Origin: a virus
DNA: 49,146 nucleotides
Virus record (IMG/VR): IMGVR_UViG_3300028886_000011
Coordinates: 1-49,146 of that record
Reading direction: 5' to 3' (one strand)
The notes under the pieces were generated by a model. The model saw only the letters and a list, made by a program, of their open reading frames with translations. It was not told where the DNA came from and ran no database searches. Position 1 is the first letter of the stretch. Each line of letters opens with the position of its first letter. Both the position numbers and the translations under genes were made by a program. Shown here in pieces: positions 43,077 through 49,146 of the stretch.

Positions 43077-43352
43077 CTATTCTTCATTTGTTCTTATTCT
43101 TTCTGAATAAAAACTTTTCTGCTCAAACAGTAAGGTACAAACATCATGTTCAATAATCAATCGTACATCATTTGGATAATGGTATTGAAGCCACTTAAAA
43201 ATTGGGCTTAACATTTCTGTAAGGTCTCCGTAATTTTTAGGCGAACTGTCATAAATGTGATTTTCGCAAATTTCACAATCAATGTTTTTACAAACTTGTT
43301 TATGGACACAATTGTTACACGTTCTCCAACGTTCTTTTTTGTAAGTTTTCAT
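43077..43352 (-). CDS. Cys-rich hypothetical protein
   Basis: CNNCVHKQVCKNIDCEIC. Confidence 0.5.
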   Translation of the reverse strand: MKTYKKERWRTCNNCVHKQVCKNIDCEICENHIYDSSPKNYGDLTEMLSPIFKWLQYHYPNDVRLIIEHDVCTLLFEQKSFYSERIRTNEE

Positions 43353-43362
43353 TTTTCCTCCG

Positions 43363-44916
43363 TTAAGATTTCAAAATTTCAAGTGCTTCATCTCTCGTTA
43401 CACCAATCGACTTTGAGATGATGCTTGCAGCTTGATTTTCCGTCAATACGCCGTTCGCAAACTGCTGTACAACGCTTATCAAACTCTGCGTCTGTGCTCC
43501 GTTAAGCTGCCCCCCGATTTTTTCGGCTTCCTCTATGCTTTCGCCTATGTCAACATTTTCGGTTTCTTCGCTTTCGTTTTGCTCTGCTTGCTGTACCATT
43601 CCCATTCTTTCAGCGTTCTCGGCGGTTATCTGTTGCAATACGTCTTCCGTCTTGTCACCGTCACCGAGTACAGTTAAGATTTTATTAGTTCTGTATTCCT
43701 GGGATAAATCGCCTGCGGCTGCGGTTATTGCCTGTATGGTTTCGGTTTGGTTTATCAGCACAGACCGAGTAAATGTCGGTTCATCGTCAATACCTACAAT
43801 CTTAAACAAGCTGTATAAACATTCCAATGCACACATTTCAAAATCGTCTGCTTTGTGGTTCAGCGGTTCATAAGCAGCTTTTATCTGTGTAGCCGTCACC
43901 GCTCCGCCTTTGATTTCATCAATGTTGAGTGCTTGGAAGTCCTTGTATATTTGCCTGTCAAGCCGTTCTATTTCCGCCTGTCGTTGTTCGTATGGTACAT
44001 TGACTGTATATGGAGTTATGGTCTGACCGTCAGAGGGGTTTGCAACTTTTATTCTCCTCAGCTCATCAAGCAACTGAACCATATCGGATTTATCCATACC
44101 GTCAGCACCCGAAATCAACCAGTACAGTTGTGTTTCCGTCAAATCATCTGCAAGGCTGTTGACAAGCTCGTCAACTGCGTCAATGTGGTCTTTTATGCCT
44201 GCAAGTTCGTTCAAGTGCTTGCTGTTCGCCCAAAATGGCACTATCGGGAACGCAGGGTAATTTTGACCGTCTATTATCTGCGTACCGTCAATTTCGGAAA
44301 TGCGGATTGTAATTGAATATGGTCTTTTACTGTGCAATACAACTCCGTTTACTTTGCCACTTTCATCGGTATTCCATTCATATTCGGTATATCCATCTTC
44401 TTCATAAAGCGTTGCCCTCAATGGCTTGTTATCGGCTATCTGCCAAAACCTTATGCCCGACTGCAACGCTCCTGTTTCTTCGTTTCGCAATGGGACAAAC
44501 TCAATACTTGTAAAGACTTCAACATGGTCTAAATTCCAAAAAAGAAAAGATACCGTTTTTGTCAATGACTTTTTACCTGCTTGATTAAATTTGATGTCAA
44601 AATCTTTCCCGAGCTTTGCCTTGTTGTTTTCGTCCTTTAAAGTCACGCCATTTCCTAACAAAAATTGATTAAGCTGTGTTGTGAGGATATCGAAATAGTT
44701 TGATTTTATTCGGTGGTTTGGTGTCCATTCGTTCTTCGTCAATCTGCCTGCCAAATCAACATAAAATTTCTCACGCTCAGCAGCTTTAACATTCTGCTGT
44801 TTGGCGTACTTGTCGGACGTGTCCGCTTCTTTGTACATTTTGGATTGTTTATATTTCAAAATCGTATTATACACGAACTGCATTTTATCACGTTCGTTTT
44901 CCCCGACTTTCAACAA
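43363..44916 (-). CDS. Portal protein (SPP1 gp6-like)
   Basis: 517 aa, located upstream of MuF, with an acidic C-terminal tail. The start is uncertain (TTG 44916 or ATG 44883). Confidence 0.8.
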   Translation of the reverse strand: MLKVGENERDKMQFVYNTILKYKQSKMYKEADTSDKYAKQQNVKAAEREKFYVDLAGRLTKNEWTPNHRIKSNYFDILTTQLNQFLLGNGVTLKDENNKAKLGKDFDIKFNQAGKKSLTKTVSFLFWNLDHVEVFTSIEFVPLRNEETGALQSGIRFWQIADNKPLRATLYEEDGYTEYEWNTDESGKVNGVVLHSKRPYSITIRISEIDGTQIIDGQNYPAFPIVPFWANSKHLNELAGIKDHIDAVDELVNSLADDLTETQLYWLISGADGMDKSDMVQLLDELRRIKVANPSDGQTITPYTVNVPYEQRQAEIERLDRQIYKDFQALNIDEIKGGAVTATQIKAAYEPLNHKADDFEMCALECLYSLFKIVGIDDEPTFTRSVLINQTETIQAITAAAGDLSQEYRTNKILTVLGDGDKTEDVLQQITAENAERMGMVQQAEQNESEETENVDIGESIEEAEKIGGQLNGAQTQSLISVVQQFANGVLTENQAASIISKSIGVTRDEALEILKS

Positions 44917-44958
44917 ATCTTGATATGTAATTATAGTGCCTATGGTTTTTCACTCCCG

Positions 44959-45336
44959 TCAATCTATATTGCAGTGGTTCATTCTTTCGGTCAGTTTTCC
45001 CAACTCTTTTTGAATGTCTGTGATTTGCTGTTGCTGTTGTTTTATACAGTTGCAAAGTATCAACACTTCTTTGTCAACAAAATCGGTGTTTTCGACTTTA
45101 TCTATCAACTTCAATATGTTGTCTTTCTGCTTGTCTTTGCTTTCTTCGTACAAATACCAATCTTCACACATCAAGCAGTAATCAACAGGCAGTATTTTAA
45201 CTTCATATTCTTCGCCGTCTTGCCCGTCACGTTTAAAAAGTCTATCGGCTTTCATGTAGTAAAATGTCGGATAGATTTCGGCTCTTGTTATGCGTTTGCC
45301 GTTTCTCATAGCAAACAAGGCTTGTTCAAATTTCAT
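44959..45336 (-). CDS. DUF2829 (Tad2-like) protein with a coiled-coil tail
   Basis: MKFEQALFAMRNGKRITR ... CEDWYLY, then QQQQQITDIQKELGKLTERMNHCNID. Confidence 0.65.
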   Translation of the reverse strand: MKFEQALFAMRNGKRITRAEIYPTFYYMKADRLFKRDGQDGEEYEVKILPVDYCLMCEDWYLYEESKDKQKDNILKLIDKVENTDFVDKEVLILCNCIKQQQQQITDIQKELGKLTERMNHCNID

Positions 45337-45350
45337 TCATTTTCACCCTT

Positions 45351-45713
45351 TCAGATGTTGCAATAGTTCATTCTCTCGTTCAAGTCTTTTACTTCATCTT
45401 GCAATTCTTTAATTTGCTGTTGCAGTTGCTCAACAACGCAATTATACAACGGCGAATTGTTTTTGTTGGCGTAATCGCCATTTCTGATTTCTTCTGCTTT
45501 TCGACCAGTTTCTTCCATTGGAGTGTAAACACTCCAATTATCAGACAATATATAATCTATACTCAACACAGTCATTATTTCGTCGGGTTCGTTATAGTGG
45601 GCAGCATAAATATTCATGCCGTCTTTTATGTAAAAATATTTTGCAAAACACTTATCCCAAACGTGAACTTTAAGTCCTTTTCTCATATACTGTAACGCTT
45701 GTTCAAATTTCAC
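45351..45713 (-). CDS. DUF2829 (Tad2-like) protein with a coiled-coil tail
   Basis: (GTG)KFEQALQYMRKGLKVHV ... SDNWSVY, then LQQQIKELQDEVKDLNERMNYCNI. Confidence 0.65.
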   Translation of the reverse strand: MKFEQALQYMRKGLKVHVWDKCFAKYFYIKDGMNIYAAHYNEPDEIMTVLSIDYILSDNWSVYTPMEETGRKAEEIRNGDYANKNNSPLYNCVVEQLQQQIKELQDEVKDLNERMNYCNI

Positions 45714-45716
45714 TGT

Positions 45717-45968
45717 TTACACTCCTTTCGGTTTGTGCAATGAAAGGAAAGCCACTCTCCATTTCAATAAGCTTACTTTATCTTTTAATTCTTGGATTTG
45801 CCTTTGTGCGTCCTTTGATGTTGACAACTGCATTTTTTCACGTTCAGCAACGCTTTTGTCAATCAAGTATTGGATATGCTTTTCGATTTCTTTGTAACTC
45901 TCTTTGTTGTCGGTTTTAAATCTTATCTCATAATCGCCACCGCCGACAATGGTGTTATACTCAATCAT
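45717..45968 (-). CDS. Hypothetical coiled-coil protein
   Basis: 83-aa ORF. Confidence 0.5.
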   Translation of the reverse strand: MIEYNTIVGGGDYEIRFKTDNKESYKEIEKHIQYLIDKSVAEREKMQLSTSKDAQRQIQELKDKVSLLKWRVAFLSLHKPKGV

Positions 45969-45980
45969 TGTTGCACTCCT

Positions 45981-46232
45981 TTATTCAATAACTGTCGTTT
46001 CAAATTCCTCTATTTCCCATTTGCAAGTGTTTTTGTATTCTTCAAGCAAACACCAATCATCAAGAAGCATTATCTCCGTGCCTATATATTCACACCAAAA
46101 TTCTGTTTCATCATAGCTATTGTGCTGATATATTTTACCGTCTTTGACATAATAGTAAAAATACGGTGGAAGCGATTGTCTTGTTACTTCTTTACCGTCT
46201 TTCATAGCTTTTAAAGCCTGTTCAAAAGTCAT
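45981..46232 (-). CDS. DUF2829 (Tad2-like) protein, short form
   Basis: MTFEQALKAMKDGKEVTR ... LDDWCLLEE. ATG follows GAGGAG. Confidence 0.65.
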   Translation of the reverse strand: MTFEQALKAMKDGKEVTRQSLPPYFYYYVKDGKIYQHNSYDETEFWCEYIGTEIMLLDDWCLLEEYKNTCKWEIEEFETTVIE

Positions 46233-46237
46233 TACTA

Positions 46238-46414
46238 TCACTCCTCGTAATATCCCGATATTGCGTACATACTGAAACGCATAGTATCTGATAATTTGTT
46301 TTGAGTTTTTGCTTTACTGTTTACAAGTTTGCATATATAGAACTCGCAATTATCACACTCTCTTATTATTTCGTCTTTGGTGCTTATAATACCGTCTTTC
46401 ATGCACAAAAACAT
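46238..46414 (-). CDS. Small Cys-containing protein ending in SGYYEE
   Basis: ATG 46414 follows GAGGAG. The C-terminus is shared with the next gene upstream. Confidence 0.5.
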   Translation of the reverse strand: MFLCMKDGIISTKDEIIRECDNCEFYICKLVNSKAKTQNKLSDTMRFSMYAISGYYEE

Positions 46415-46418
46415 TTTA

Positions 46419-46637
46419 TCACTCCTCATAATATCCTGACAATGCGTGCATACTGTCACGCATGATTTGTGGTAAATTTATTTTTGCAATAGATAAAATT
46501 GTTTTTGGGTGTTCGTTTGTGGCAAACAGAAATAACAACAGGAACATTTTTGTTGAAAAGTCGCTTTTGTCAAATCTTTCTGTCAATGTTTTTTCGTCAA
46601 GTTCTTCAAAGGTTTTATAAGCGTCATAAAATTCCAT
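46419..46637 (-). CDS. Hypothetical protein ending in SGYYEE
   Basis: 72-aa ORF. Confidence 0.5.
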   Translation of the reverse strand: MEFYDAYKTFEELDEKTLTERFDKSDFSTKMFLLLFLFATNEHPKTILSIAKINLPQIMRDSMHALSGYYEE

Positions 46638-46700
46638 TCAATCACTCCTATTTCAAAAAATACCACCATTTCACACAGTCGGGGATATTCGGTGATGTGA

Positions 46701-46808
46701 TTATCCAATAATTGAAATAACCAAACGCAACAAGCCCCCCCCTATGCAAAGCAGTATGATAACAATGGCTAAGATGTTACCTGCAATATCATCTTTTCTA
46801 TTTTTCAT
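46701..46808 (-). CDS. Small hydrophobic peptide (35 aa)
   Basis: ATG follows GGGAGGAAACACAG. Sequence: MKNRKDDIAGNILAIVIILLCIGGGLLRLVISIIG. Confidence 0.4.
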   Translation of the reverse strand: MKNRKDDIAGNILAIVIILLCIGGGLLRLVISIIG

Positions 46809-47106
46809 CTGTGTTTCCTCCCGTGTACGGTGTGCCGTCTGGATTAAGCATAACACATACCGACACTTTGCCTTTATTGGTAATACAAAAATAACAAACC
46901 CCCGTTTTATCGTGCTTGTATATTTTATAATTGTCCGTTTTATCAATAATTGTCATTTCGGACGGTGCGTTTCTGTCATCAGTTGATTTTGTGGGATTAC
47001 AACCACCCAACGCTAAAACTATCAACATTGCCAACAACGCTGTCAGCACCGCTGTCAACACCCCTGTCAACAATGTTATTACAGTGATTCCTTTCACTTT
47101 TATCAC
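46798..47106 (-). CDS. Putative lipoprotein
   Basis: Hydrophobic signal sequence ending in the lipobox-like LALGGC. GTG start overlaps the terL stop. Confidence 0.55.
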   Translation of the reverse strand: MIKVKGITVITLLTGVLTAVLTALLAMLIVLALGGCNPTKSTDDRNAPSEMTIIDKTDNYKIYKHDKTGVCYFCITNKGKVSVCVMLNPDGTPYTGGNTDEK

Positions 47107-48281
47107 CTGTCTTTCGGTACAACTTTCATGGTTTTTACAAAATACCGGATTGAATCCAAAGAATGGTCATTCTCTTTCACTGGTGTTTCATCATCATTCC
47201 ACACATACCCCTCAAATTCACGCCTTACAAATTCCAAGCTCGGATTTATCTTGATTTTGCCTTTTTGGATTGCAACCGCTGTTTCTCGTATGCCGTCATT
47301 TACAGCATTATCAGCGGATACAACGTGAAATATATGTGCCCTTTTCATAGCCGTTATGAAACTTGCCGCACTCGGGTCAACGATTACCTTCAGCTTTGTC
47401 CATTCGTTCCCGTACGCCCCGAACTGTGATAACATATCCTGTACATAATCATCATCTGTCTTATTTCTCTGCTCAGTTCTGCCACTGTAATAATAACCAT
47501 CAACAGCATACCAAACACCGTCTATTTTCGCCCATAGCAACGCTGCGAACGCATTGAGTGTACCATAGTCAATAGATAACACAAATTTCTCTGCACGGTG
47601 TTTCCAATTTTCGGGAGGTTCTTCAAACGACTGTTCATACATCGGGTATATCAATCCCTCTGCAAGCGACCATTCGCCTTGAATGTACCGCTTGTAATAA
47701 ACCGTTCCTGCATACTCTTGACATAGGTTTTCAACAAACTCTTTCGGTAGATATGGATTGTCAAATATGGTTGAAGTCTGATAAAAAATATCGGGTGCTG
47801 TGTCAATAAACTGCTTGATGTAGTGGCTTGGGCTGTCGGGGTTTGCCGTTCCGTCAAAATAGCTGTGTTTGCACCTCAAACGGCTTTTCAGCATTTGGAA
47901 TACAGGCTCAGCCCACGTTGTCATTTCGTCACCGTATGCGTATTCTATCGTCATACCTTGTATTCTTGCAACGTGCTTTTTGTTATCAGCACCCAACACC
48001 CACACTTTACGACCGAATAGATTTGCCCTGTTGTTGCTGATAGTGCCTACAAGCCTGTCCCCGAATATTTCACGCATTGGGTCAAGGATATTTCTTTCAG
48101 CCGTTCCCTGCGTATTCCCGAGAATGACCGCCGCACCCTCACCTCTTAGGCACATCAATCTTCGGGGGATAACATAAGCATAATCAAGCCACGACTTGCC
48201 CGAACCTGTCGCACCGACTTTGATATTCCAACGGTGGTTGCAGTTTTGGAGATATTCTTTTTGTTTATCGCTTAAAGGCAT
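47103..48281 (-). CDS. terL: Terminase large subunit
   Basis: Walker A VGATGSGKSW. C-terminal nuclease-region acidic residues. 392 aa (PBSX-type size). Confidence 0.9.
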   Translation of the reverse strand: MPLSDKQKEYLQNCNHRWNIKVGATGSGKSWLDYAYVIPRRLMCLRGEGAAVILGNTQGTAERNILDPMREIFGDRLVGTISNNRANLFGRKVWVLGADNKKHVARIQGMTIEYAYGDEMTTWAEPVFQMLKSRLRCKHSYFDGTANPDSPSHYIKQFIDTAPDIFYQTSTIFDNPYLPKEFVENLCQEYAGTVYYKRYIQGEWSLAEGLIYPMYEQSFEEPPENWKHRAEKFVLSIDYGTLNAFAALLWAKIDGVWYAVDGYYYSGRTEQRNKTDDDYVQDMLSQFGAYGNEWTKLKVIVDPSAASFITAMKRAHIFHVVSADNAVNDGIRETAVAIQKGKIKINPSLEFVRREFEGYVWNDDETPVKENDHSLDSIRYFVKTMKVVPKDR

Positions 48282-48294
48282 TTTGCACCGCCTA

Positions 48295-48918
48295 TCACTT
48301 ATTCAGTTTTTGCTTTGCTGTTGATACCATTCGGGAAAGTCTTTCGGTCATATCGTTGGCAGCGGCTAAACCATACTCCAAACTTTTTTGGGTTTGGCGT
48401 ACTTCTTTTCGTATGCGTCCTAATGCTTGTGCCGGAGGATTTTTTTGAAGTATGCTTTTCATGTTTTCGGCTTCTAATTGAGAAAGAACGCCGTCTTTGA
48501 TAGATTGAAGTCCGCCGTTATAATACAATTTTGCACTTTCAAGCCGTTTTTTAGCGTCTTTTTCAAAATCGTCAACGCTTTTAAATGTTTTTTTGCGTGA
48601 GTACAATCCTTTTCCTTGGACAACCAACTGACCGCTTTTGTTTATTCCAGCTTTAATATTGAGTGTGCTTAATTGCTGTCGGTACAAATCGGACGATTTA
48701 TCAACAGGTGCAATCACGCCGTCATCCGGTAGTAAATTGGCGTGTACCCATTTATATTGACCGTTTTTTTCCACTATCCAAACTTCACCATTTGGATTTA
48801 AGGACGTTCCAGGCGTTTTCAAAAATACATTCCCGTCATAAGTTTGCACTTGCCTTTGTGTTTCCTCACCCTGAACTTGTTTCTTTTTCTTTTTACTATT
48901 GCTGCCTCGTCCTCCCAT
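48295..48918 (-). CDS. Hypothetical protein, 'MGGRG' N-terminal family, paralog 3
   Basis: MGGRGSNSKKKKKQ... ATG follows GGGAGGT. Lies between the TerS-like ORF and terL. Confidence 0.6.
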   Translation of the reverse strand: MGGRGSNSKKKKKQVQGEETQRQVQTYDGNVFLKTPGTSLNPNGEVWIVEKNGQYKWVHANLLPDDGVIAPVDKSSDLYRQQLSTLNIKAGINKSGQLVVQGKGLYSRKKTFKSVDDFEKDAKKRLESAKLYYNGGLQSIKDGVLSQLEAENMKSILQKNPPAQALGRIRKEVRQTQKSLEYGLAAANDMTERLSRMVSTAKQKLNK

Positions 48919-48935
48919 TCTTTTTTACCTCCCAA

Positions 48936-49146
48936 TTATTCAATCACGCTGTCAACGTCACTCAAAATTTTGTTGATATTGTCAAGCAGTTTTTTGCTTT
49001 CGGTTTCATCAAGTCCCGATAATGCTTTTATCTTTGCTTCAAGCAGCTTGATTTCTGTTTTTGTCTTTTTGTCTGTCAAAGTATCCTTGTTCTGTCCTGT
49101 CAGTTCGATAATCAGCCTTATTGCAGATATGCAATTTTTGTCTTTC
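48936..49146 (-). CDS. Putative small terminase-like protein, C-terminal part (continues from 1-363)
   Basis: Same ORF as the 1-363 feature. TAA at 48938-48936. Bases 49020-49146 duplicate 1-127. Confidence 0.45.
   Translation of the reverse strand, partial: KDKNCISAIRLIIELTGQNKDTLTDKKTKTEIKLLEAKIKALSGLDETESKKLLDNINKILSDVDSVIE
49020..49146. repeat. Second copy of the 127-bp terminal overlap
   Basis: Identical to 1-127. Confidence 0.95.

Noticed and set aside
1-49146. Integrase/attP, DGR (reverse transcriptase plus template repeat), toxin-antitoxin pairs and retron-like elements
   Set aside because: No ORF shows tyrosine or serine recombinase motifs, or reverse-transcriptase motifs (YxDD). 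No long near-identical repeat pair was seen apart from the terminal overlap.

Overview
This window is one complete, circularly closed tailed-phage genome. Bases 1-127 recur exactly at 49020-49146, so the unique length is 49019 bp. The gene content is siphovirus-type: tape measure, Dit, Tal, major tail protein, and no sheath. GGAGG-type RBSs, a CHAP-SH3-CW_7 endolysin and many ATGA stop/start overlaps suggest a low-GC Gram-positive, Clostridia-like host (inference). About 90% of genes lie on the minus strand.

Reading the minus strand from the right end:
- Packaging: TerS-like ORF (wraps the junction), an 'MGGRG' protein, then terL.
- A 2.1 kb accessory island with three DUF2829 (Tad2-like) paralogs, followed by portal.
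- N6/N4 DNA methyltransferase, MuF, gp10-like protein, Com-like Zn finger, scaffold, and a capsid protein with a Big_2 domain.
- Connectors, major tail protein, and a G/GT chaperone pair with a TTTTTTC -1 slip site.
- Tape measure, Dit, Tal, a tailspike with an S74 chaperone domain, an SGNH esterase fibre, holin and endolysin.
- A self-contained post-lysis operon (24318-20931) of low-complexity, Cys-rich and C1q/BclA-like proteins.

A 3.9 kb plus-strand island (16960-20930) has duplicated promoters and 5' leaders and encodes acidic and RHH proteins. The minus-strand early operon then runs leftward: Cro-like, DUF1351, recT, MBL hydrolase, ssb, HTH-RusA, C5-MTase-like, replisome organizer, DnaC-like, small Zn-ribbon genes, YopX and a sigma-r4 regulator. 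It ends with a tRNA(CAT), ParB-DUF4417 and two further MGGRG proteins.

The most notable observations:
- recT is split by a 952-nt group I intron that carries a GIY-YIG homing endonuclease.
- The switch region has face-to-face near-consensus promoters.
- No integrase gene is present.

All functional calls rest on motif recognition by eye. No database search was run.
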